32,000 nucleotides of DNA from Nonlabens ponticola (GTDB lineage Bacteria > Bacteroidota > Bacteroidia > Flavobacteriales > Flavobacteriaceae): assembly GCF_003966335.1 (NCBI RefSeq), contig NZ_CP034549.1:810001-842000 (forward strand), given 5' to 3'. The notes below the pieces were generated by a model that worked only from the letters and a program-made list of their open reading frames with translations, was not told the DNA's origin and ran no database searches. Positions 7,984-16,947 of this stretch are shown here, piece by piece. Position 1 is the first letter of the stretch; each line of letters begins with the position of its first letter. Position numbers and translations under genes: made by a program.

Positions 7984-8418
7984 ATGATTTCTATTCTAGA
8001 TACGCCCTATAAGTCTTTAATCTTGCACACTATATACCTACCCATCGGTAAGCTCTATTTATTAAAAGATTGCGTTGTCTCAGAGCTCTATTTTGAAGTC
8101 ATCGGTACAGCGCAGCACGCCAGCGAGGCATTACAGTTATGTCTTGATTATTATGGCACTTATGATGTGATCAAGAAACGCATCTGGATTGCAAACCGCA
8201 CTCAAAAGTATTCTATACAGCCAGTAGCATGGATACGCCTCAAGAAAGAAGCTACACAGTATTTAAAGGGTTATTGTGTCGTTGATACCACTAAATACGG
8301 TATCATGAATGCGATTCTAGAGTCAAAATTTGTCCCAATCAATTTCAAGAATGCGACTACCCTAGACGAGGCTATGCAATGGACGCAGGAAATAATGAGT
8401 GATCAGGAAAGCGCCTAA
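7984..8418 (+). CDS. uncharacterised protein, paralog 3 of 3 (inferred STAS/SpoIIAA-like fold)
   Basis: 144-aa ORF. By hand alignment it shares about 52 identical positions over about 135 aligned with paralog 1 (GKLYLLKDCVVSEL, IWIANRTQKYSIQPVAWI, NAILESKFVPINFK, EAMQW). Confidence 0.7.
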   Translation: MISILDTPYKSLILHTIYLPIGKLYLLKDCVVSELYFEVIGTAQHASEALQLCLDYYGTYDVIKKRIWIANRTQKYSIQPVAWIRLKKEATQYLKGYCVVDTTKYGIMNAILESKFVPINFKNATTLDEAMQWTQEIMSDQESA

Positions 8419-9332
8419 TTTATAACTGTTTCCTCTTTTACAGTTCTTTGTGATTTACGACCAGTCAAATAAACTCCTAAAAAGATCATCACGCCTATTC
8501 CAGCCTTAGTCCATGACAATGTATCAGTCCCTAAACCAACAGCAATCAATGCGGCAAGCAACGGCTGCAAGTAAACAAAGACGGCAACCACGCTAGGCTT
8601 CAAGGTTTTTATAGCAATGATGTTGAGCATATATGTACCAAAGGTTGCAAACAACACTACATAAGCAATATTCAATACAATAGTTGTGCTTGCTGTACTC
8701 CACTCAAAGGCGAGTCCTTGCTCTATACCAAACGGCGTAATGAACAACAATCCAAATAGATACAACCACTTCATCAATGTAAATACATCATATTTTGCTG
8801 TGAGTCTTTTGGCCAGCAAAATGTAAAAAGCATAACTCACGCTATTGATAAACACAAGAAAATTTCCTGTCATTGGATCTGCTGCTATTTGATTGGGTGC
8901 ACTTGATAAGATAATGAGTAAGGTGGCTCCGGTAAAACCAAGCATGATACCAGCGATCTTATAGCCGGTGAGTTTCTCCTTGAGAAATACGGCACTTAAT
9001 ACGGCAACAATAATTGGTGTTGTGACCATCAGCACTGATGCGCTGATAGGTGTGGTCAAACTAAGACCCCACATAAATGTGATCATATTAAATCCTACAC
9101 CACAAAACGCAGCAAGAGCAATAAGCGGTAGATCTTTAAGTGGTACTGTTTGTTTCGTTTTCACGAAAAGTGATATCACCCAAAATATTGTACAAGTCCC
9201 TAATACTCGATACCACGTCAAGCCGAACGGACCTATATGATCTGGTGTGACTTCTTTAGCAGCAGAAAAGTTGTATGCATAAAACAATGCCACAAGAGTC
9301 GCGCACATAAGCGCGACCTGTCTCTTAGTCAT
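8415..9332 (-). CDS. DMT superfamily (EamA-like) transporter
   Basis: 305-aa ORF with about 10 hydrophobic helices in two similar halves, typical of EamA/DMT permeases. Its stop codon overlaps the stop of the convergent paralog 3. Confidence 0.8.
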   Translation of the reverse strand: MTKRQVALMCATLVALFYAYNFSAAKEVTPDHIGPFGLTWYRVLGTCTIFWVISLFVKTKQTVPLKDLPLIALAAFCGVGFNMITFMWGLSLTTPISASVLMVTTPIIVAVLSAVFLKEKLTGYKIAGIMLGFTGATLLIILSSAPNQIAADPMTGNFLVFINSVSYAFYILLAKRLTAKYDVFTLMKWLYLFGLLFITPFGIEQGLAFEWSTASTTIVLNIAYVVLFATFGTYMLNIIAIKTLKPSVVAVFVYLQPLLAALIAVGLGTDTLSWTKAGIGVMIFLGVYLTGRKSQRTVKEETVIN

Positions 9333-9684
9333 TGTCTAGGGCTTCAATTGCGGCGGCGACTGTTTTCTTTGAGTTACCTATGTAAGCCTTGTCGTCATAG
9401 ATAAGTATAGGTCTCTTGATAAATGTATAATGATCTAATAGTAGTTCTTTATAATCAACCTCACTCAAATCCTGCTCATGCAAACCACGTTTGCGATACA
9501 ATTGTGCTCGTCTATTAAATAGGGATTCATAGCTACCTGATTGCTTTTTGAGGTATTCTAGTTGCTTTACATTTACAGGCTGCTCTTTAGTGTTTTGCAA
9601 CTGTATGCTATTTGGTAAATTGAGTTCGTCCTTTATGCGCTGGCACGTATTACAACTGTCTAAGTATATAAAGCTATTCTCCAT
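9325..9684 (-). CDS. ArsC/Spx/YffB family protein (arsenate-reductase-like thioredoxin fold)
   Basis: 119-aa ORF with an N-terminal IYLDSCNTCQRI motif (CxxC near the N-terminus) and length typical of the ArsC/YffB family. It overlaps the DMT gene start by 8 nt. Confidence 0.65.
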   Translation of the reverse strand: MENSFIYLDSCNTCQRIKDELNLPNSIQLQNTKEQPVNVKQLEYLKKQSGSYESLFNRRAQLYRKRGLHEQDLSEVDYKELLLDHYTFIKRPILIYDDKAYIGNSKKTVAAAIEALDND

Positions 9685-9740
9685 GAAGCAAAACTACAAA
9701 TGACTTGACGTTTCTGGTATCTTTATGCAAATCATTTACC

Positions 9741-10199
9741 ATGGATAGTAGATTTTCTCATAATTTGAGAACCAGAGAGTTTTTCATCTCCTTCATCGAC
9801 AAGTTAACAACTGAACAGCTTAATGAAATACCACAAGGCTTTTCTAACAATATTATCTGGAATATATGTCACAGCATGACGAGTCAACAGGGTCTTGTCT
9901 ATGGATTGTCATTAGTCGATCAACAAATCCCTAAGGAACTGGCACTGCGATTTAGAAACGGCACAAAGCCAGAAGGCTTTATACAGGAAAAGGAAATTAA
10001 CGAGTTTAAGGAAATGCTGGTACCGCTGATAAAGAAAACCAGCGATGATTATGATCAAGGTGTTTTTAAGGAGTTTAAACCCTATACTACAAGCACAGGA
10101 TACACCATGAATGATATTGAAGATGCGATCCAAATGAATAATATTCATGAAGGTCTACATCTGGGATATGCTATGGCGATATTAAAAGCTATTCATTAA
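9741..10199 (+). CDS. DinB family protein
   Basis: The ORF opens at TTG 9705; I prefer ATG 9741 (MDSRFSHNL). The His pattern is DinB-like (NICHSM early, IHEGLHLGY near the C-terminus) and the size is about 150 aa. Confidence 0.65.
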   Translation: MDSRFSHNLRTREFFISFIDKLTTEQLNEIPQGFSNNIIWNICHSMTSQQGLVYGLSLVDQQIPKELALRFRNGTKPEGFIQEKEINEFKEMLVPLIKKTSDDYDQGVFKEFKPYTTSTGYTMNDIEDAIQMNNIHEGLHLGYAMAILKAIH

Positions 10200-10240
10200 A
10201 TTTTATTTTCTTATACCTATAATCTTCTCAATTAATGATT

Positions 10241-11383
10241 ATGAAATTCAATACCAAGGCCATTCACGGCGGTCAAGAAAATATTGATCCTGGATACAAT
10301 GCAGTAATGCCTCCTATTTATCAAACCTCGACATTCAAGCAGCATTCGCCTGGTAGTCACAAAGGTTATGAGTATGCTCGCAGTGCAAACCCAACAAGAA
10401 ATGCCTTAGAAAAGAACATCGCGAGTATTGAAAATGGCAAGTACGGTCTCGCCTTTGGTTCAGGATTAGCGGCTATCGATGCCGTCTTAAAATTGCTAAA
10501 GCCTGGCGACGAGGTGATTGCAACAAATGATTTATACGGCGGCTCTTATCGCTTGTTTACAAGAATCTATGAAGATTTAGGCATCAAGTTTCAATTTGTG
10601 GCGATGGATGATCCTGTATCTATCGAGAAACATATCAGCACAGCGACTAGAATCATTTGGGTAGAAACGCCCACTAATCCTATGATGAATATCATTGACA
10701 TTAAAGCGGTCGCACAGGTTACTAAAAAGCACAACCTGCTACTGGCAGTTGACAATACATTTGCCACCGCTTACCTGCAACAGCCTCTTGATCGAGGAGC
10801 AGATATTGTCATGCATAGTGCCACTAAATATCTAGGTGGCCACAGCGATGTGATTATGGGTTCACTAGTTGTAAACGACAAATCTCTGGCTGACAAACTT
10901 TACTTTATTCAAAATGCCAGTGGTGCAATTCCAGGCCCGCAAGATTGCTTTCTCGTGTTGCGTGGCATCAAAACGTTACATGTACGCATGCAACGTCATT
11001 GTGAGAATGGACGAGCCGTTGCGGAATTTTTAAAAGGTAATAGCAAAGTTAAAAACGTGTATTATCCTGGTTTTGAGGATCATCCCAATTATGATATCGC
11101 TACTAGTCAAATGAGCGATTATGGTGGTATGGTATCATTTTCTACTGTTGATGGAACTAAGGAAAGTGCGATTAAAATACTAGAAAGCTTAAGAGTATTT
11201 ACATTAGCTGAATCACTTGGTGGCGTAGAATCTCTTGCTGGTCATCCAGCAACTATGACACACGCTAGTATTCCTAAAACGGAACGTGAAAAGATAGGTA
11301 TCGTTGATTCACTTATAAGATTGAGTGTTGGGATTGAAGATATTCATGACTTGTTGCAAGATCTAGAACAAGCTATCAGATAG
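10241..11383 (+). CDS. PLP-dependent trans-sulfuration enzyme (cystathionine gamma-synthase/lyase or beta-lyase family)
   Basis: MKFNTKAIHGG..PPIYQTSTF..YARSANPTR..GSGLAAI..HSATKYLGGHSDV (PLP lysine in SATKY)..RLSVGIED is the classic Cys/Met-metabolism PLP family. ATG 10235 is an alternative start. Confidence 0.85.
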   Translation: MKFNTKAIHGGQENIDPGYNAVMPPIYQTSTFKQHSPGSHKGYEYARSANPTRNALEKNIASIENGKYGLAFGSGLAAIDAVLKLLKPGDEVIATNDLYGGSYRLFTRIYEDLGIKFQFVAMDDPVSIEKHISTATRIIWVETPTNPMMNIIDIKAVAQVTKKHNLLLAVDNTFATAYLQQPLDRGADIVMHSATKYLGGHSDVIMGSLVVNDKSLADKLYFIQNASGAIPGPQDCFLVLRGIKTLHVRMQRHCENGRAVAEFLKGNSKVKNVYYPGFEDHPNYDIATSQMSDYGGMVSFSTVDGTKESAIKILESLRVFTLAESLGGVESLAGHPATMTHASIPKTEREKIGIVDSLIRLSVGIEDIHDLLQDLEQAIR

Positions 11384-11407
11384 CGGTCGATATATTATTC
11401 TATAAAC

Positions 11408-11444
11408 AAAAAGCTCGATCATTTAACGATCGAGCTTTTTGTTT
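11408..11444. terminator. bidirectional rho-independent terminator between convergent genes
   Basis: AAAAAGCTCGATC-ATTTAAC-GATCGAGCTTTTTGTTT. The 8-bp GC-containing stem is flanked by an A-run and a T-run, so it reads as a terminator on both strands. Confidence 0.75.
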
Positions 11445-11461
11445 ATAATTTGATTAAGGAT

Positions 11462-12232
11462 TTATAGATAGTAAATAAAGCCTACATTGAACCACCAAAC
11501 CCAGTCGTTGGCGCGGTTATTCACATTTCTTGGGCTTAATCCATCAACATAATTACTGTCATAGTAATGCCATGCAGATGAGATCAATATGTCACTTAGG
11601 TTATTGAGTTTATACCTAACACCGACATCAGCGACATAGGCAAGAGTGCTACCACGATCAGTATCAATTCGGTCAAGAAAAGTGATATATGTTGTTTCTG
11701 GATTTCCAAGTGGTCCTAGACTGCTTTCCGCTTCTGGCTTATAGTTTACATAGTGTACACCTAATCCAAAGTAAGGAGCCCATTTATATCCATTATTTTG
11801 AAAATCTCTTACACTTAGAGGATAAAATTCTAGATGTGAACCTAGTTCCAGTACGCGAGCTTTACCTTCCATGGATCTAAGACGCAATCCATCAATACTG
11901 TTACGCTCTGCTAATTCACCTAGATGGTTTAATGTGGTAGTATGAAATGATAATTGGGAACGTATTTTAAAGTGATCATTCCAGTAAGTATCACGGCTAC
12001 GGCAATTACAGTCTGCACGATAGGCAAAATTGATGTAATGTACTACACCTAGCCCTATACCTACATTACCTTTATTAGTATCAAAGTCATATCGCTCACC
12101 ATAGTCACTTTGAAAAGCAACTGGACCGGCGATAACACCTACTTCATGTGAGAATCCTAGTTGTGCGTCGGCAACGAGACTTGCTAAAGCTAGGGATAAT
12201 ATTAAAAGGTAAGATTTACATCCAGTAATCAT
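11462..12232 (-). CDS. putative outer-membrane beta-barrel protein
   Basis: ORF 11462..12274; I prefer ATG 12232, which gives a signal peptide (MITGCKSYLLILSLALASLVADAQ). The sequence has alternating aromatic/small residues throughout and an aromatic-rich C-terminus (NVGFIYYL). Confidence 0.6.
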   Translation of the reverse strand: MITGCKSYLLILSLALASLVADAQLGFSHEVGVIAGPVAFQSDYGERYDFDTNKGNVGIGLGVVHYINFAYRADCNCRSRDTYWNDHFKIRSQLSFHTTTLNHLGELAERNSIDGLRLRSMEGKARVLELGSHLEFYPLSVRDFQNNGYKWAPYFGLGVHYVNYKPEAESSLGPLGNPETTYITFLDRIDTDRGSTLAYVADVGVRYKLNNLSDILISSAWHYYDSNYVDGLSPRNVNNRANDWVWWFNVGFIYYL

Positions 12233-12256
12233 GAGGTATAGTCTTTGCAAACGCTC

Positions 12257-12264
12257 CAAATATA
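12257..12264 (-). promoter_or_regulatory. candidate Bacteroidota -7 promoter box (TAnnTTTG)
   Basis: The minus strand reads TATATTTG, 24 nt upstream of ATG 12232. Confidence 0.35.
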
Positions 12265-12410
12265 AGAAAATCACGTCCAGTGCATTACCTCAACGCGTTT
12301 TTATCACATTTAGTTTAGATAAAAGTGCGCAGGAACTAAATAAGTTTAACAATTACCACGATGATCCTTAAAATAATCGCAAAGAAATAACCGCGTGCTA
12401 GCTATAATTA

Positions 12411-12418
12411 TATATTTG
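12411..12418 (+). promoter_or_regulatory. candidate Bacteroidota -7 promoter box (TAnnTTTG) for gdhA
   Basis: TATATTTG lies 44 nt upstream of the gdhA ATG. Confidence 0.4.
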
Positions 12419-12462
12419 TATCCTTAACGAAAACGTTTTCACAGACGTAATTATTACAAATA

Positions 12463-13806
12463 ATGGAAAAAAACATCCAAGATTTTATTGATTTAATAAA
12501 AAAGCGCAATCCTAACGAGCCAGAATTTATTCAGGCAGTGACAGAAGTTGCAGAAGTTGTAATTCCTTTTATTGAGGATAATCCTAAATATGCTGGAGAC
12601 AAGCTTCTTGAGCGCATGGCAGAGTCTGAGCGTGTAACCATGTTCCGTGTGCCATGGACTGATGATAACAACGAGGTTCACGTTAATCGTGGCTACCGCA
12701 TTCAAATGAATAGTGCGATTGGGCCTTATAAAGGTGGTTTGAGATTTCACCCATCGGTAAACTTGAGTATTCTAAAGTTCCTTGCCTTTGAACAAGTATT
12801 TAAAAACAGCTTGACCACATTGCCTATGGGTGGTGGTAAAGGTGGATCTGACTTTGACCCAAAAGGTAAGTCAGACCGTGAGGTAATGCGTTTTTGCCAG
12901 AGCTTCATGACAGAGCTGCAACGCGTGATAGGTCCTGATACAGACGTTCCAGCTGGTGATATAGGTGTAGGCGCGCGTGAGATAGGCTATATGTTTGGTC
13001 AATACAAGAAGATAAGAAATGAATTTACAGGTATTCTTACTGGTAAAGGCCGTTCCTACGGCGGTTCATTGATGCGCCCAGAAGCTACAGGGTACGGTAA
13101 TGTGTATTTTGCCGAAAATATGTTGAACACACGCGGCGAGAAGATTGAAGGTAAGCGCGTGACCATTTCAGGATCTGGTAATGTAGCACAATATGCTGCA
13201 GAAAAGATAATACAACTAGGAGGTAAAGTAGTCACCATGTCAGATAGTGATGGATTTATTTATGATGAAGAAGGTATCGATGCAGAAAAGCTCGATCACA
13301 TCATGTACATCAAGAACGAGAAGCGTGGTCGTATCAAGGAATATCTAGAGAAATATCCAGATGCAAAATTTCATGCAGACGAGCGTCCATGGGGCATCGA
13401 GTGTGAGATCGCATTACCATGTGCCACTCAAAACGAACTTAATGGTGAAGAAGCTAAAACACTCGTGGACAACGGCTGTATTTGTGTGGGTGAAGGCGCA
13501 AACATGCCTTGTACACCAGACGCCGTTGAGGTTTTCAAGGACAAGAAAATATTATTTAGTCCTGGTAAGGCGAGTAATGCTGGAGGCGTTGCGACCAGTG
13601 GTCTTGAGATGTCACAAAATTCCCTGCGCTACAGCTGGACTGCCGAAGAGGTGGACAACAAACTACATGGTATCATGAATGATATTCACGAGGCTTGCGT
13701 CAAGTACGGTAAGGAAGATGATGGCTACATTGATTATGTCAAGGGCGCTAACATTGCAGGCTTTGTAAAGGTGGCAGATGCTATGCTCGCACAAGGCATC
13801 GTGTAA
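12463..13806 (+). CDS. gdhA: NADP-specific glutamate dehydrogenase
   Basis: 447 aa. Contains KGGLRFHPSVNLSILKFLAFEQVFKNSLTTLPMGGGKGGSDFDPKGKS and GSGNVAQYAAEK (Rossmann), a hexameric GDH signature. Confidence 0.95.
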   Translation: MEKNIQDFIDLIKKRNPNEPEFIQAVTEVAEVVIPFIEDNPKYAGDKLLERMAESERVTMFRVPWTDDNNEVHVNRGYRIQMNSAIGPYKGGLRFHPSVNLSILKFLAFEQVFKNSLTTLPMGGGKGGSDFDPKGKSDREVMRFCQSFMTELQRVIGPDTDVPAGDIGVGAREIGYMFGQYKKIRNEFTGILTGKGRSYGGSLMRPEATGYGNVYFAENMLNTRGEKIEGKRVTISGSGNVAQYAAEKIIQLGGKVVTMSDSDGFIYDEEGIDAEKLDHIMYIKNEKRGRIKEYLEKYPDAKFHADERPWGIECEIALPCATQNELNGEEAKTLVDNGCICVGEGANMPCTPDAVEVFKDKKILFSPGKASNAGGVATSGLEMSQNSLRYSWTAEEVDNKLHGIMNDIHEACVKYGKEDDGYIDYVKGANIAGFVKVADAMLAQGIV

Positions 13807-13826
13807 CGTTTACATATTTATATCTG

Positions 13827-13848
13827 TTACGCTTTCGCGAAAGCGTAA
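13827..13848. repeat. extended 22-bp perfect palindrome TTACGCTTTCGCGAAAGCGTAA, copy 3 (intergenic, 3' of gdhA)
   Basis: Exact 22-bp palindrome (core 13831-13844). It starts 20 nt after the gdhA stop and lies upstream of the canonical terminator. Confidence 0.95.
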
Positions 13849-13859
13849 TCATCAACAAA

Positions 13860-13886
13860 CCCTTGATCACCATCAAGGGTTTTTTT
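13860..13886 (+). terminator. rho-independent terminator of gdhA
   Basis: CCCTTGAT-CACC-ATCAAGGG followed by a run of 7 T residues. Confidence 0.8.
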
Positions 13887-13904
13887 ATACCATTATAGAA
13901 AGAG

Positions 13905-13912
13905 TATTTTTG
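13905..13912 (+). promoter_or_regulatory. candidate -7 promoter box (TAnnTTTG)
   Basis: TATTTTTG lies 44 nt upstream of ATG 13957. Confidence 0.4.
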
Positions 13913-13956
13913 CCACTGCTCAAATCATATAATTGATGCAGCAGCGTTACCCTAAC

Positions 13957-16224
13957 ATGAGATTAACCATATTGTTTATCATCGCCAGTAGTTTGCTGGT
14001 CACCGCACAGGATTTCACAGACTCGTGGGTAGGCTATTTTAGCTTTACAGAGATCGTAGATATAGAATCGAGCGATTCACAGATATATGCGGCCAGTGAA
14101 AATGCCGTTTTTATCTATGATATTGCCAGTCGTAAGTTTACAACGCTCACGACCGTTAATGGATTGAGCGGTGATCGCATATCCCAAATTCATTACAATG
14201 AGTTGAGCGATCAACTAGTAATAGGGTATGAGAATGGCCTGATACAAGTGCAAGAGGATGATGTGATTTTTGATGTGGTCGCTATTAGGGATAAGCAAAT
14301 TATCGATCCAGATCGCAAGAGAATCAACGAGTTTCTACAAGTAGATCAATTGCTGTACCTCGCTACAGATTTTGGGATTGCAATTTACAATCTAGAGCTT
14401 CTTGAGTTTGACGACACTTATTTTATAGGTAGCAATGGCGCTCAATTACAAGTGCAGTCCATCGATATTTTTGAAGGGTTTCTATATGCAGCTACATTAG
14501 ATAGCGGCATACGACGCGCACCTATAGATGACCCATTTCTCATTGACTTTATGAATTGGACGCGCATCAATACTGGCGATTATGATGAGGTGATTGCAGT
14601 AAATAATCAGCTCTATGCGACTGACGATGACAGGAACCTATGGCGCTTGTCTGGAGATCAATTTGTGACAACAGACACGAGATTGCCCAATCGCGCGCTA
14701 GATGCACATCTCTCAAATGGCGAGATACTTTTTACGGGAATCAATTATGCCAGTATTATTAATGAGGCTGGTGCAGTGGTAAGTACCGTAACTGATTTTG
14801 AAGATATTGCTACTCAATTTACTAGCGGTGTCCGAGTAAACGGCAACTTGTTTATTGGATCCAGTGATACTGGTCTTATAAGATCTGGAAACGGCTCTAC
14901 AGAGATAATCTTAGCTGATGGCCCATCACGCAATGATTCATTTACCTTAACAACCTTGCCCAATGAGCTTTGGGTAGGCTATGGAGATTATGATGTTTTT
15001 TACAATCCTTTCCCGCTGGATCGGGTAGGTGTAAGTCACTTGATTGAAGGTGCTTGGGAAAATTTTACCAGCGACGACGTGCAAAATATTGCTAGCATTT
15101 CAAGGATTACCATCAATCCAGTGGCGCCTGATGAGTTGTACCTCAATTCAATGAATGAAGGCGTGTTGCAGTTTGTTGATGGAGAAGCAACCACGTTATT
15201 CAATAGCAGTAATAGTAGTTTAAGCATCATTAACGGCAGTGGTTCAGGTAGGATACGTGTGCCAGCTAGTAAGTTTGATTCACAGGGTAATCTATGGGCA
15301 ATTGCCTCACAGGTTGATGACCCATTAAATAGAAGAACTTCATCCGGGCAATGGACATCTTTTGATTTAAGTGATGACTTTCCATCAGTAGCTGGATCAT
15401 CAACGACTAAGATTGATATCAATAACAATGACAATATATTTTTTGGTACCACAGGCGCAGGCCTTGTAGGTTTTAACTCCAATGAGAATCGTTATGCTCA
15501 ATTGACAGAAGGTATTCAGCAAGGTGGCTTGAGAAATAATTATGTTGGCGCGCTAAGGATCGATCAAAGTGGCCAGTTATGGATAGGATCAAATCGTGGT
15601 CTAAGAGTATTATTTAATCCTAATTCCATGTTTACCGATAACCCGGATGATGCACGACCTATCATCATAGAAGATGTCAATGGAATACCACGAGAGCTGC
15701 TCGCAGATGAAGCTCTTGTAGATATTGAAGTGGACGGCAGCAATAGAAAATGGGTTGCAACGGCCGATTCTGGAGTATTTTTATTCTCACCTACAGGTCA
15801 GGAAACCATATTCCAATTCACTAAAAACAACTCGCCACTTCCATCTAATAGTGTGAACGATATTGCCATTGACGACACTACAGGGTTGGTATATTTTGCG
15901 ACAGATAATGGATTGGTCGCTTTTAAGGGTGAGCGCAATAGTCCACCAGCAGACGATCTAGAGAATGTATTTGCTTTCCCTAATCCAGTAAGACCCAACT
16001 TTGACGGCAATGTAACCATCGATGGACTTACAGAAAGAGCACGTGTCAAGATTACAGATATCGAGGGTAATTTGGTCTTTGAAATCGTTTCTCAAGGTGG
16101 TAGCGTGCAATGGGATACCACTAGTTTTGACGGTCGCAAGGTTGCATCTGGTGTGTATATGTTACTTATAAGCGCACGTGATAATGTAGAGACAACAGTC
16201 TCAAAACTTATGATTATTAGATAA
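13957..16224 (+). CDS. beta-propeller (Reg_prop repeat) protein with T9SS C-terminal sorting domain; PorZ-like (tentative)
   Basis: The ORF opens at TTG 13933; I prefer ATG 13957 with a signal peptide (MRLTILFIIASSLLVTAQ). Two-component-regulator-propeller-type motifs recur (FGIAIYN, TGLIRSG, AGLVGFN, NRGLRVL, SGVFLFS, NGLVAFKG). The C-terminus resembles a T9SS CTD (FPNPVRP..VKITDIEGNLVF..SGVYMLLI..KLMIIR). Size and architecture match PorZ as I remember it. Confidence 0.8.
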   Translation: MRLTILFIIASSLLVTAQDFTDSWVGYFSFTEIVDIESSDSQIYAASENAVFIYDIASRKFTTLTTVNGLSGDRISQIHYNELSDQLVIGYENGLIQVQEDDVIFDVVAIRDKQIIDPDRKRINEFLQVDQLLYLATDFGIAIYNLELLEFDDTYFIGSNGAQLQVQSIDIFEGFLYAATLDSGIRRAPIDDPFLIDFMNWTRINTGDYDEVIAVNNQLYATDDDRNLWRLSGDQFVTTDTRLPNRALDAHLSNGEILFTGINYASIINEAGAVVSTVTDFEDIATQFTSGVRVNGNLFIGSSDTGLIRSGNGSTEIILADGPSRNDSFTLTTLPNELWVGYGDYDVFYNPFPLDRVGVSHLIEGAWENFTSDDVQNIASISRITINPVAPDELYLNSMNEGVLQFVDGEATTLFNSSNSSLSIINGSGSGRIRVPASKFDSQGNLWAIASQVDDPLNRRTSSGQWTSFDLSDDFPSVAGSSTTKIDINNNDNIFFGTTGAGLVGFNSNENRYAQLTEGIQQGGLRNNYVGALRIDQSGQLWIGSNRGLRVLFNPNSMFTDNPDDARPIIIEDVNGIPRELLADEALVDIEVDGSNRKWVATADSGVFLFSPTGQETIFQFTKNNSPLPSNSVNDIAIDDTTGLVYFATDNGLVAFKGERNSPPADDLENVFAFPNPVRPNFDGNVTIDGLTERARVKITDIEGNLVFEIVSQGGSVQWDTTSFDGRKVASGVYMLLISARDNVETTVSKLMIIR

Positions 16225-16947
16225 ATGCTCATAAGCACGCCTGCCATTGTATTATCATCGATCAAGTATGGCGAGTCAGATCTTATCGCCAGGCTTTATA
16301 CAAGAGAACTAGGTAGTCAGAGTTATATGCTCAAGGGCATACGCAAATCGCGCAAAGGAAAATTGCGCGTATCATATTTCCAGCCACTCACACAATTACA
16401 TATTGAGACCCAGCATAAGGATAAGGGCAATCTTGAGTACATTAAGGAATGCCGTATAGCAGTTCATTATGAAAACATCTCGACCGCTATTGCCAAAAGC
16501 AGTGTCGCCCTTTTCTTTGGCGAGATTTTATCGCAGTTATTGACTGAGCAACAACCAGATGAACAGTTATTTGATTACTTGAGTAATGCTTTTGAATTTC
16601 TAGATCAAACCGACCATGTTTCAAACTTTACGATCAAAGTATTGCTAGACATGACAGATATCATGGGATTCGGGATTGATAGATCAACACTACAGTTTGA
16701 ATATCTTAATATGCTCAACGGCACCTTTGATAATAATGGCATGCAACCACATCATTTAACTGATGTTGAAAGTAGTTTGATAAAACAGTTCCTTGGTACA
16801 GATTTTGAGCGGTTGGAAGAGATCAAGATTCATCGCAAACAGCGATCAGAATTATTGAACCTTGTGGTCGAGTATTTTCAAATTCACCTAGAGGTATTTA
16901 AAAAACCGGCATCGCTAACCATACTTAAACAACTCTTTGACAGTTGA
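16225..16947 (+). CDS. recO: DNA repair protein RecO
   Basis: 240 aa. The N-terminal AIVLSSIKYGESDLIARLYTRELGSQSYMLKGIRKSRKGK is a typical RecO OB-fold start. The ATG immediately follows the upstream TAA (0-nt spacer). Confidence 0.85.
   Translation: MLISTPAIVLSSIKYGESDLIARLYTRELGSQSYMLKGIRKSRKGKLRVSYFQPLTQLHIETQHKDKGNLEYIKECRIAVHYENISTAIAKSSVALFFGEILSQLLTEQQPDEQLFDYLSNAFEFLDQTDHVSNFTIKVLLDMTDIMGFGIDRSTLQFEYLNMLNGTFDNNGMQPHHLTDVESSLIKQFLGTDFERLEEIKIHRKQRSELLNLVVEYFQIHLEVFKKPASLTILKQLFDS

Noticed and set aside
15036-15482. 148-aa ORF antisense to the PorZ-like gene
   Set aside because: It is fully nested antisense within a well-supported long CDS, has a Pro/Leu/Ser-rich composition typical of shadow ORFs, and has no promoter or recognisable domain. 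The same reasoning applies to ORFs at 279-536, 652-888, 1343-1651, 8968-9240, 12493-12750, 17375-17605, 18792-19067, 23107-23353, 24113-24658, 24812-25144 and 26287-26520, and to the 27339-28788 series.
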